Part shown: positions 11,572 to 22,752 of the stretch, in pieces
Layout: every line of letters starts with the position of its first letter
Numbering within the stretch: position 1 is the stretch's first letter
From: Phoronis australis
Taxonomy: Eukaryota > Animalia > Phoronida
Direction: 5' to 3'
Assembly: GCA_002633005.1 (NCBI GenBank)
Contig: NMRA01000325.1
Span: 351,290-415,289 of the forward strand
Length of the DNA: 64,000 nucleotides
Made by a program: the position numbers and the translations under genes
Notes under the pieces: model-generated
Database searches by the model: none
Told to the model about the DNA's origin: nothing
The model's input: the letters and a program-made list of their open reading frames with translations, nothing else

Positions 11572-12516
11572 CTAGAAAGATAGACACATTATGCATGTCC
11601 CATTGCGCAGAAGCAAAATTTCTATAGAGCCATGATATGAATAAAGAATTACTATCAAGGAGAGGTACGAAGTGCCCCCATATAGGTAAATTTCAGGGAT
11701 CGGTTGAGACAACTGTTTCTAAAAACATTGTAACATCGACAGTGTGTCGCACGTATCCACAACTATACCAAACAAGATTATTCAATTTTAATGTTAAATA
11801 TTAATTGTATTGTATGCAATTACTTTAACTAACCAAACTATCCTATTTCTGTTGCATTAAATGTTTAAAATTTTACATATTTCCAAAACAGAGCTCTGGT
11901 GTGTTAAGGTTATGCAGTCCCTCGTTGACATGTTTGTGTATTTAACCAAAATCTACAGATCAGTAAAAGTATATATTTTTAGAAAATGGAAAGCCTGTAG
12001 AATTTGAATTTTGACTTTTTAACACACTGTTGTTAAATAGGTGATGCAACCATATCTTTTTAGTAAAATTTAGCAATAAATAAAGATACATCGATAGCAA
12101 AACCAAGGTATCAACAACATGAAAAATTTCATTTGATATTAATGTTCAAAATGAAATTTCAAAAATACTGTTACACTTTTCTAAATTACCATTTCGTTTT
12201 CAAATTACACAATTTTTGATTTTTTCATAAAAATCATCCTATTTTTGATAGCCCCCATGCAAATGTGGAGCCTTTTAAAAACAAATCCTAACAGTTTTTT
12301 GGAGAATGGTTTATAAAGCATAGTATATGAAAATTTCGTATGAATGAGATCAGCCATTTTTGTGACATGATGTTCTGAAATTTGCCAAACTTGGCCATTT
12401 TTCTTGGATCCCAGATAACCATCATACAATCCAATCTGTCAAATGCCATTAGACATCACATAATATGGAAATGAAGTGACAAGAGCGACCACTGAGAGCT
12501 CTTGTTGCACACTCAC

Positions 12517-12667
12517 TTCGACATGCCAGGCCTTGCCTAGTGCGTGAACAACACGCTCTTCTATTGGCCGACGACATGCACCACAAATTGGGATTCCCAT
12601 CTTGTCATGGCAACGCAGGCAGTAGAGTTCACCATTCTTCTCACGGGCATCTGCATTGAGTTCAGTT
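12517..12667 (-). CDS. LIMS1: PINCH/LIMS exon (LIM3-LIM4)
   Basis: ttgcag| [50 protein letters not shown] |gtgagt; phase 2 to 0. Confidence 0.95.
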
Positions 12668-13165
12668 CTGCAAAGGAAGATAATATGACAAAAATATACT
12701 CTGGTTGAAATGGTGAATCTCAGAAAGTGAAGTAACTCGCGTTTGAATTATAGATTATAACAAAATGACAAACAAACAAGTCAACTAAAATTTAGAGTGT
12801 ATCCTACAGTATAGGAATACCTGATTATCAAGAAAACTGATGTGCAAATTTTCTGTAACTACCATAAGCGAACACGGAACAAAAGGTCAAAAAGCATGGC
12901 CAGTTGTGGTCAGTGCATTCCGACCCATTTTAAAATCTGTCCTGAACGATACCAACAAAACAAAAAGCGCTCGCCAGCATCAATTTTGGTTAGATCCTGT
13001 TTCTTGAAAATTCCACAAAGCACGTAAGTAAAGATAAGCAAGGTTTGAAATGACTTGAACTGCCAAGTGATGAGTAAAAAGTGAAACAAAACAAGTGCCA
13101 CAGCATTTACTGGTCTCGGGTGGGTTTTATTTTTTGAAAAAGTAATGGCGAAGCATTCAACTTAC

Positions 13166-13243
13166 CCACATGATGTACAGTTGAAGTGATACGGGTGGTA
13201 CGCCTCCCCCTTGTACTTTATGTGCCTCTCCTCTATGATTGAA
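13166..13243 (-). CDS. LIMS1: PINCH/LIMS exon (LIM3)
   Basis: tcacag| SIIEERHIKYKGEAYHPYHFNCTSC(G) |gtaagt; phase 2 to 2. Confidence 0.95.
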
Positions 13244-13896
13244 CTGTGAGAACATACGAAGAAACACTAAAACATTAACAAAGACATAACAAACAGTATG
13301 AAAGTTGACCTGTGTAACCATCTGGAGAGGACCTAAGATATAAAGTACAGTATAATACAGGATAACAGTAATAAGATAAAATATTGCTAACAGCACAAAT
13401 GACTGGCAATGGCTTTTAAAGAGATAAAATTCTAATTACACAATGACTTAGCCACCTTTCTAAGTTTCCCGCCAATTTGTCCTCATTTTCAACCATGAGA
13501 GAAAACTATTCTGATGACGAGTTCAGTTTCTGCCTGTCGGACATTTTGTCTGAACAATTCTTTTGGCGTGTACTGTAGGTGTACCACAGGGTGGAGCAGT
13601 ACTGTCAACTCAAGTACACTTTAATGAATGCACGCTGGTTCATAAAATGTCCTTACACAACACTGTCTTTACAACGCACATTCAGGCATATATAGCAACT
13701 ACTGGACACCATGCAAATGCAATATCTTTACAACACACATCATGTTGTTTCTCTTTAAAGAGCAACTTCCACTCTCTAAATATCATGAACTTTTGGGGTT
13801 AACATACATTATTGCCTTAGGTGGCATGCCTTACTCAAAAAACAAACATTGAAGAGCCAACAAGAGACTTGATTTTGTTTGAACTAACATGATTCC

Positions 13897-14306
13897 AGTT
13901 TGTAAGTAAAATCAACTTACTCGTAGAACGTGGAATTGGAGGTTCGAATGTTTCGAACTGTGTTCTACAGTTCTTTTTCAACGACTAGTAGGGGGGCGTC
14001 CTGTTACTTGGAAGTAGTATATTATAGTAGATCGGCGGGAGTCTCGGTTCATGGTAGGCTTTTTTGTTTTTATGTATATTGACTCTTTGATCTTTCTAGA
14101 AAACCAGTTTTCCTCTTTGGCCAGTATCTTGGCATGTTTGTCACATACAAAGTGGCCGGAGATTCCTAGATGTTCTCCCACACCAGTGGGCTTGTCCAGT
14201 CTATTGTGTTCCTTGATTCAAACCTCCAATTCCACGGTCTATGAGTAAGTTGACTTAACTTACAAACATACCTTCACCAAGACCATGAAAAACCTCTTTT
14301 CAATCA
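13897..14306 (-). mobile_element. Penelope-like element 3' fragment with inverted pseudo-LTR and TSD
   Basis: GIY-YIG endonuclease C-terminal peptide GEHLGISGH...KILAKEENWFSRKIKESIYIKTKKPTMNRD. 52-bp inverted repeat at 13898-13949 and 14216-14267. Direct repeat TAACATGATTCC at 13885-13896 and 14307-14318. Confidence 0.8.
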
Positions 14307-14668
14307 TAACATGATTCCTGTTCGCGAGAAAGCGCATGTTCCAAAAACTGTCCTAAATCAAAGAATTTTTACAAAACTGGTTTTATCACCCACGGAGACA
14401 AAATTTTAGAACATAACCCAAAAAACAAGTCCATAAATTATATCAAGAAATATACTCCAGTGCTCCATTACATAGTGAAAGGTGACCTGGGATTTGTTTA
14501 GGAATGGAAAAGCAATTTGGACAAAAACAGTGCACATCTACATCAGTGAGAGGTACACTTTTCCACAGCAAAATGGGAATCTGGGTACATGCACTACTGA
14601 ACACAGGAAAGAAATGGAGTTCCAGTCATTTCACTCATAGTCAGAAGAGAGCTTCTGTGTTCATCATT

Positions 14669-14746
14669 CACAAATCTGCATCTACTGACCATGCTACGCA
14701 AAATAATCATATTATTGACTGGGAAAATGTTTCTATCTTGGAGATT
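14669..14746 (+). mobile_element. Small Penelope-type GIY-YIG remnant
   Basis: HKSASTDHATQNNHIIDWENVSILE resembles the SA..DH...NH.IDW..V.IL motif of PLE endonucleases. Confidence 0.55.
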
Positions 14747-14991
14747 CACACAGATTTATCAGATGGTAGGCTGCACAACTCTTACAACTGCATTTCGAGT
14801 CTCACTCAACCAGTCCAGAGTCAGCGACCCTGGTCATGACTATGTTACATTTTTGTGCGTGAAAAAGATCCCATCCTTTCAATTACTACTGTCATTTTGA
14901 GTAGTTTTATTTCTACAACTGTTACTATCCATATGTTTTTGGTGAAAAAAAATGTCGCCTGACATGCAAGGTCAGCCAAGTCAATACTTAC

Positions 14992-15063
14992 TGGCACTTA
15001 TGACAAACATATTTCCCAAGACCTGAAGCTTTCTCTTTAGCATTACACTCTCGACACAATGCC
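14992..15063 (-). CDS. LIMS1: PINCH/LIMS exon (end of LIM2, start of LIM3)
   Basis: tttcag| ALCRECNAKEKASGLGKYVCHKC(H) |gtaagt; phase 2 to 2. Confidence 0.95.
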
Positions 15064-15593
15064 CTGAAATAGAAAGATGCAATCATAGTTATGATTAAAG
15101 TAACGAAACAGCCTTGTGAATCATTTCTCAACGGTCTTTGCAAAAACTGCACCAACTCATAGCAAACATTATTAATTTCACATTTATAGTATCTAGTTTC
15201 TGTGCATGCCCCGAAGGAATTGTAACACTGATGGTCAAAAGAAGATGAAAAAGATAAAAATTACAATTCATTACGGTGTCAGTCTGAGATGTCCACGTTC
15301 ATTTCAAGGTGTAATTACGTGCAGATATGATGCTTCTCGACGTTTTCAGGGCTTAATTTCAATTAATGAACATTGTATTAAGCGTAATTTACATAAAAAA
15401 TCTAATAGTTGGGAGTTGGGTTACTTACCTAGACTACACGCAGTCCAGTATTTATCAAAGGATGTAAAGCTGCATACAAAACTTACAGCTGTTTCTTGCA
15501 AACTCAAGTTAAGACCCAGTTACACAACCACTTAAGTTCAGTTTACACAACAAACAGCTCCAATGTACATAACAGACCTACACATGAAAATGG

Positions 15594-15648
15594 AAACTGA
15601 CAAGGTGCAAACAGAGATGGTGCAAACTGACATGGTGCAAACTGACAT
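15594..15648. repeat. 15-bp tandem repeat, about 3.7 copies
   Basis: Unit approximately AAACTGACATGGTGC. Confidence 0.8.
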
Positions 15649-15916
15649 GTGATGTGGAGGAGCAAGTTGCCCGAGTGAGAACACATTGTTCCAAGTCAGT
15701 TGCTCGCCTAAATGCAGAAGACTATCATGGCATAAACAATAATCAGAACTTGCATTATCACACCAGTTATAACATTCCTTTTGGTATGACACCAACTCTT
15801 TTGCCATGCCACAGTTTTTAAGATACCTGTGTTGTGATCACAGAATTAAATGTATTATATACTGCATCAGCAGCACGTCTGCTACAACACATCTGCTACA
15901 ACACTCCCGTTCCTAC

Positions 15917-16037
15917 CTTCCAGCATTTTTCACGAAGCCAGCGTCAGCCAGCGGCCCACTGCACAGTTCACATCTGAAGCAGTCCGGATGCCAGTTATTG
16001 TTCATGGCTTTGATCACCCGACCAATGATGAACTCGT
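15917..16037 (-). CDS. LIMS1: PINCH/LIMS exon (LIM2)
   Basis: ttgcag| (N)[39 protein letters not shown](R) |gtagga; phase 1 to 2. Confidence 0.97.
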
Positions 16038-16319
16038 CTGCAATAGGTGGGACATTTGACATCACCAAAAGATCAGTTGATTGAAATTTTTTTTGAAAAC
16101 AGAAAAGCCTTGCTTTTGAAAAATAAGACAAATATCAAGTTTACCAAATCAAAAGTACAGAAAAGCGTGCAACCATGATTCAGATTTAGATAATTTCAAC
16201 TCAGTTGTTTTCAGGTTACACAATGATCCATGCAATGCAGCATGCCAGTGTACTTCTTGATCTATTTAATGTTATCAATTTGTGACTCTCATACTTTGCG
16301 ACTCTCTTACATAACTTAC

Positions 16320-16386
16320 TGCATTTTCCACAGCATGGAGCGAACAGCATGTGGAAGTCACGTTCACAGTATTTACGCCCCTCAAA
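16320..16386 (-). CDS. LIMS1: PINCH/LIMS exon (end of LIM1, start of LIM2)
   Basis: ttgcag| [22 protein letters not shown] |gtaagt; phase 0 to 1. Confidence 0.95.
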
Positions 16387-17105
16387 CTGCAAAAGAGAGT
16401 GGAGTCAGCACATCACATTGAGCCCGAAACCATGAGAAAGGCAAAGACAATGTAACAAACTGTAATCTCCTGAATAAGTACCCTTTAAAAAAGCTCAGAA
16501 ATTAAAGCCAAAGGGCTGCACATTTGTTGTTTTATGAAAACTATGAAACCACTTTTTGTAGTGACAAGTAAACTATGAGTTAGTGAACAAAGATGGATAG
16601 TTTGTTCAGTCAACACTCTAAGTTCTAGGATATGTGCGTTGATTACTGTATGTAGAATACAGAGACAACAATGACTATTACATGCAGATATGTCCAGTAT
16701 GGCAATTACACAAATATCCAGTCATTTGAAATAGATCAGCCCTTCAAAAATAGCTTCACCCATAATTATGAATCATGAAATAAAAGCAGTAGCCAAAGCG
16801 ATGGCATTTAGACTGACATTTCTAGGATTCAAAAAAAGAAAACAATTATCATTTGCCAATATAAATTTAGGCATTATTTGACTATTACCAACCAAATTCA
16901 CTAAAAATTCTTAAATATGCACAACTGTAAAATTCAGAAGTTGTGGAATAACATAAGTCAGTAGAAGGTGCTGTAGTAACTATTTCATCAACCAACACAA
17001 AAACACAATCCGATCGAAACATTAACGCCAAGCCTTTATGCTGGTTTTGAGGTTATGCAAAGATGATTGTAAAATGTCCCAATCAAAGACAAGTGGTCTT
17101 AGTTT

Positions 17106-17219
17106 TATAATAGTTTACAAATGGTCGTAGCCTTATAATAGTTTACACATGGTCGTAGCGTAGCGTTACAATAGTCTACACATGGTCGTAGTGGTACATT
17201 AGTTTACAAAAATGTAGCC
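17106..17219. repeat. Minisatellite, ~29-34-bp unit, about 4 copies
   Basis: Repeated TTATAATAGTTTACACATGGTCGTAGC variants. Confidence 0.8.
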
Positions 17220-17323
17220 TTTTGACAAAAACAAGAGATTTCAGGACACAAGTTTTGGGATAGTTTGAATGTATTGAGACCAGAATTGCAAAAACTTCTG
17301 AGGTTCAACACGACTAACTTTAC

Positions 17324-17369
17324 CTCATAAAAGATTCCCTCTGGAAATGGTTGGAAGCACTGGGCACAC
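17324..17369 (-). CDS. LIMS1: PINCH/LIMS exon (LIM1, start of second zinc finger)
   Basis: ttacag| (V)CAQCFQPFPEGIFYE |gtaaag; 46 nt, phase 2 to 0. Confidence 0.95.
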
Positions 17370-19476
17370 CTGTAAATAGAACACTATAATCATAGAGGTC
17401 ACTAAAGTTATATAAGACATTAGGTCCACTGATAAGCCTCATCAGTTATTGCATCAAGGTAAAACTTACAACCAAAGCAAATCAAAACAGGTTTCTATGA
17501 CAACTATGGTAGTTTGATGCATGTACACTACAGCACAAGAAATCTAAATTTATAATGCAAGACAAGTGGTTTTTCAATTACTATTTGCTCAGTGTAGCCA
17601 GACACATTAATGTCAGTATCACATACTATGAACTAAGAAGGATGTGATATAATCATTAGGTTTCCGAATTTGCAACTACTAGCTGAGTGTTATGGTTCAT
17701 TGTATTCAATGAATTAATGCCCAAAATTAGGTTATAAAAATTGGATAACCACACTATTGAAAAACAAAACACATTATAGTGTGATTCACAAGGCTATGAA
17801 CCCTTGAAGTTAGGGAACAGGAGGTAGAGAGGAAGACAAATTACCTAATAACAAGAAATCCACTTGACATGCTTTTCAAGAAAAATTAGGTAACTAGTAT
17901 TAGGACTAACAGACAAACACACAAAACAGACAAAACAAATCAGTAACAGATGCTTTGTTAGGAAACAAGAAATAAAGAAACTTAACACAATCTGGTGACA
18001 TTTTGTCTAGTTCATGAACATCCAAATTCATTTGCAACATTTTATGAAGCGCGGATTGCAGACATGGCTTACATGGGGTCCTTTATTTAAGAAAAACAAA
18101 TCTTGCTTAGCATTCAGTTCAAAGTTCATCTGAAATTCAGATGGCAAGACCTTGGAAGTTAGAAATTTGGGTCAAGTCTAAAAGCATCCATCAAACACCT
18201 TCAAATTACCATTGCTGTATGAAAAGAACTTTTAGAATTCACCCATCAATGTTTCTGAATATTGATTTTGTGTCAGACCAAAGAGACAGATCACTCATTG
18301 ATGGCATGCAATAGTGTCAGAAACTGAAACTGCACTGTTGGACCATCGCCAATTACAGTTTAAGACTTGCAATGAGCTCCTCCCTCAATTTCAAATTCAC
18401 TTGGAATTATGTTCAAGCGAACAAACAGAAAACCAAAGAAAACAAAACAGAGAATAACAAAAAAAACAGACAACAAATTATTTGAAAACATGAAGTTGAA
18501 CTTATGGAGTTAATAACAATGAAACTGTTTGACCGCCCAAGAGGTAACAATAGTGCTTCGGAATCCCCAATTTTGCTGATCTTGGAAGGGAACTTGTTTA
18601 GCTCAACTTATTGACAACAACAACACCCATCTCATCGCGCTAATTCAGTGCCACCTAGAGGTAATCTGTGTAGAAGTTCTAGTTGCAACAGAGGCACACA
18701 AGGTTTAGCATTCACGTGTTGGTTTTTGAGACTTCAACTCCCCTGGAAGGTTCTGTATGACCGACAAGACAGTTTACAGACTTCATCATGGTAAATCCAT
18801 GTGTATTTGCTAGTTCCATGGGCCATACTTCGTACTCCAGAGGGCCGTCCATAATAACAGTTACCCTACAACAAGTTACTCCTGGAACAAGTTGTCGCTA
18901 GGTTTAGTGGCAGTGTGGACAGTATTTGTGCTGGGGCAACTTGACACATATATGCCAACTTATCCTACCTCATTGAATAGGATCCTGGAGTCTAATCTTT
19001 GTATTGGCAATTGAACTAATTATTTATCACCCTTTTTGAGCATCTTAAGTACGAACTTAAGATAATAGTTCAATTTTTATGCTTAAGTATATCATGGATT
19101 ACGCATAAGAGTGTCTTGTTCAAGTCTGCACTTGATGAACCCTAGGTTCGTGTTGCAAGAGATTTCGAAAAAAAGTCAAAATTTTGAATTCATACAAGAA
19201 CTTACCAGCCTGATTAGGCAGCCAAATCTTGAGTATGCGAAAAAGTAGAATGCAAAATGTTAAAAATAAATAATTAGGTACAACAACTTTGAAAGATTGC
19301 TTAAAATCAACTCTCTCCAGTAGAATGTCCCACCAGAGGCAGTGATCCAGTAACCAGCCTATGCCTAGTGGGTGCCCAGGGGCAGGTGCCCGGGGGCAGG
19401 TGCCCGGGAGAGGGTGCGGTGCGGTTAGCCACAACACTCAGCAACACGCCTGCGATGCGTGACCACCCATACTTAC

Positions 19477-19575
19477 ACGAAACATCGCGGGTGCCAGATG
19501 ACGCCCTGGTAGTTAACCATTCGCTCGCTCGGCTGAATGTCCTCCTGACAATGCGAGCAGACCGGAAGCCCATCG
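19477..19575 (-). CDS. LIMS1: PINCH/LIMS alternative (duplicated) exon B encoding a divergent LIM1 first zinc finger
   Basis: cttccttcccccaaatacag| DGLPVCSHCQEDIQPSERMVNYQGVIWHPRCF(V) |gtaagt; 99 nt, phase 2 to 2. C-x2-C-x17-H-x2-C is intact; TACTAAC at 19621-19627. Confidence 0.8.
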
Positions 19576-21910
19576 CTGTATTTGGGGGAAGGAAGCCAAG
19601 CAAACACGCCAAAGCAAAATGTTAGTATAAGCATTGACTGTGACAGGAAACAGAAAGTATTGTACTGTACATAATAAATGCAAGGTTGTCAATCCTTAGT
19701 GATATGCTAGAAAGGTACAGGGAAATCTCACAAATTTAGGATACAATATCATGGACAGGTGAAACATTCGTTTTGCATTTTTCTCTTGACAAATAATGCC
19801 AAAATGATTTGCCATATTCAAGTCTTGTACCATAGCTACCTTCAGGCAATATATTGAAAAAAATGTGGGTATTCACAATAATGTTAGAAGGACTTGTTTT
19901 TGCCCTAAATTGGTGAGACTTTACCGTAATATTAATAAGCAGGGATATTAATTGGGATTCAAATAGCGAGGCCACTTTCACCAGTCTACAACTCCTGATT
20001 TCCTAGGAAGTGTCTACTGTTGGGCAGGGGAGCCTTTATATAAAGAACGGTAAACAACAAAATAGGCAGTAAAACTAATATAGGGACTGCATTTGCTAAC
20101 TAAGGTCTGCTCTCTAGTGGCAGTCTGTGCAAAACAATTTATATTTCACTGTCTGGAGAAAATCCTTCAACACTGCAGTATTAGAAGTTCTATGTAAACA
20201 GAAGGTTTCAATTCAAAAATTTGTTCATGACCTTTTCACACACTGAAAATTTGAAGGTCAGGAAACCGCCAAATGACATGTTGTTTGGCTTCTTCTGCAG
20301 AGGATATTAGAAAGAGTATCAAAAAACAGTGCAATTTTGTATTTGATTCATGGCAAAAATAGCCAGGAAATCAATACTGGTCATGATCAAACATTTGAAT
20401 GACCAGGACTTGATGTCCGTTCCATCGACTAATTCTATCTTGAGTTCAGCCCACAAGTGAAGAGATAATATTTACAAAAGAAAATGGACACTGCATACTG
20501 GTTTATAACAGTAGATGTTGCAGATATCTAGGGGTGTCTACTGGTAAGTAGCCAGTCGCATCAAATTCAAAAGCATTGGCAAAGTCATGATAATGATAAT
20601 TCACAGTTTTCACATGAGTCATAACTTCCGATGATTCCAACACTAACATTAAAATGTAAAAAATTTATATTCATATCATCAATTAAATTATTTTGTCACC
20701 CAGTGTCAACTGGAAACCATAGCTGAGGTATCAGCCACGACATATAATTCATTATTAAATTATCAATTAATGAGATATCTTAAAAGGCCAAGAGAGTCTA
20801 ACAGTGCCATATATGACAATAAAAAGGACTTTATAGTCACTTAACTTTCGTGGTACACTAAAACGTCTAAATCAGAACCCGGATTTTAGACAGTTCCTGG
20901 TCTGAATTGAGCTGTGTACAAATGAAACTACAGACCTCAATTAGATGTACAACTGCTGAGCAGAAAAAGAATCTCACCCAAATAAACATTTGACATGTGA
21001 GACCCAAGGGGCATTATAGCTAAATGTAGTGGTATCATATTTATGTTATTCCAGTCCATGAACACATTCAAATGTGGGTCATTAGGCTACCCCACAACTC
21101 ATAGTCGCCATTATGGCACCAGCAACTTGGTGACTGATGAGTAATATAGCCAGACTTGGGTGTTGTAATACTAGCAATTGTACCCAAGACAACAAAAACA
21201 CAAAATGGATCATTTTTCAGACAAACCATTAAAAGTATTTAGAAACAATGAAGGAAATGCAAAGGAGTGAGAGTATTTCTCAATAGACAAATGTAATCAA
21301 CAAATGTAAGTAGCATTTTCAGTACAAGTTTTTATAGAGATATAATAAGCAAGAAAAGTGGTCTTTCAATATCAGCCTGAGGGGAGAATCAAACCAGCAG
21401 CCTTTAATAAGATATCAGCCTCAGGGGAGAATCATACCAGCCCCCTGTAATAATCGAAGTCTCAGACTCAGTGCTTGGGTTGCTAAACCACACTTGATAA
21501 CCAGCCTTGATTCTAGGGAATGTCTAGGAGGCATCAGCAAGACTTTAGGACTTACACAACAAATTTTCTGTTTTATAGGTTCAGTCAAAATTAATAACCT
21601 CAAGAAGCCTGTCCCATCCAACAACAGTCCCAAAATGTATTTAAGTCAAGTCACAGTATCATAGTGGACACTTTGGGTAGGAAGGGATAAACAGGATGAA
21701 TCTTGTTTAATATTTAACAGATCTCAATAAGCTTATGCAACTCCAGAGACTGCCATGACATAACAGGGGCACAGGACTGTCAACTTTACTTTAACTCTGT
21801 GGTTGCTGACAACTTTGGCTTCCACTCAAAAGAACAAAAGTTTAAGGTAACTGTCAACTTTCACGAAACTTTTTTCAAAAATACAATATTCACATATTGC
21901 ATAAAATCAT

Positions 21911-22160
21911 GAGTCCGTTCCAACAAAACTGACTTAGCTAAGACAAATCTTAAATTATAGTAAATTTTAATACAAAAATTAAACTTGTCTTAATATCAAT
22001 TCAAGAAAGAGATCTTAAATTTGACTTAAGTGTTTGACATTAAGTTTCGTCTTAATATTGACTAACTTACCGAATGTGAAAGTTTCAAAGTTTGGAATTT
22101 AAGACAAATCTTAAACTCAAGTAAAAAATGAATTTAAGTCAGTTTCTTGGAACAGGCCCC
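21911..22160. mobile_element. MITE with ~25-bp TIRs and internal (C)TTAAG/TTAAA motifs
   Basis: GAGTCCGTTCCAACAAAACTGACTTA ... TAAGTCAGTTTCTTGGAACAGGCCCC. Confidence 0.6.
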
Positions 22161-22641
22161 ATATCTTTGTTTTGTATACAGAGCTATCCAAACATTCAAC
22201 ACATAACTTGTGCATAAGTAACTTCCGATTAATATCAGCGGTCTTTTGATTTTGGACGCTTTCGGCAGTTATGTACTTTGCATACTTTTATGGCTCCATT
22301 GAACCAAGAAAACCTGTCACAAACACATTCCAATAACGTGAAAGGACTTCCATGAAATTTGACAATCATCTTGAAAAAATAGCGGTGGAAGGCAAACCTT
22401 TCTAAAGCAGCCGTACAAGCAACGCAACACAGCCACACCTTACACTGCTCCTTCAGCATCCAAAATCAATAGTTAAAATAAAGTAGCGTTTGAAGCAAGG
22501 CTAAGCACTTAGTGTACCAGACCCAGGGATTGTGCAAATCGTAATCGCAGGTCTTAACATTACCACCACCAGTTGCTGAATGCATGCCATATGGTTACGC
22601 AGCCACATCCAAAGAACTAAGAAGAGGGCGCGTGTACTTAC

Positions 22642-22752
22642 ACAAAACACTGTGTGTGCCAGACTTCGCCGTTGGAGTTGACGATCTTCTCCTGGGCATC
22701 AAACCCCTCTCCACATCTCATGCATGTAGCACCACCCAGGGACATGTTAGCA
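22642..22752 (-). CDS. LIMS1: PINCH/LIMS exon A, canonical LIM1 first zinc finger (has its own in-frame ATG)
   Basis: ttccag| [36 protein letters not shown](V) |gtaagt; 111 nt, phase 2 to 2. Compare human [30 protein letters not shown]. Confidence 0.95.

Noticed and set aside
11890-12420. Similar AT-rich tracts at about 11.9-12.4, 29.85-30.3 and 48.95-49.34 kb as conserved regulatory elements
   Set aside because: Shared motifs (AGTAAAAGTATATATTTT, GAAAGTTTCA, ending ACCTTTAA) point to an old dispersed MITE family; boundaries are too decayed to annotate.
15913-16131. 72-aa ORF as a standalone LIM gene
   Set aside because: It is one PINCH exon (15917-16037) plus intronic read-through.
17106-17219. 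Regularly spaced ~30-bp repeats resembling a CRISPR array
   Set aside because: Head-to-tail units with no unique spacers, no cas genes, eukaryotic intron: a minisatellite.
19307-19625. ORF-track peptides (101 aa minus, 85 aa plus) over exon B
   Set aside because: Wrong frame or strand; the meaningful frame is the splice-bounded LIM half-domain.
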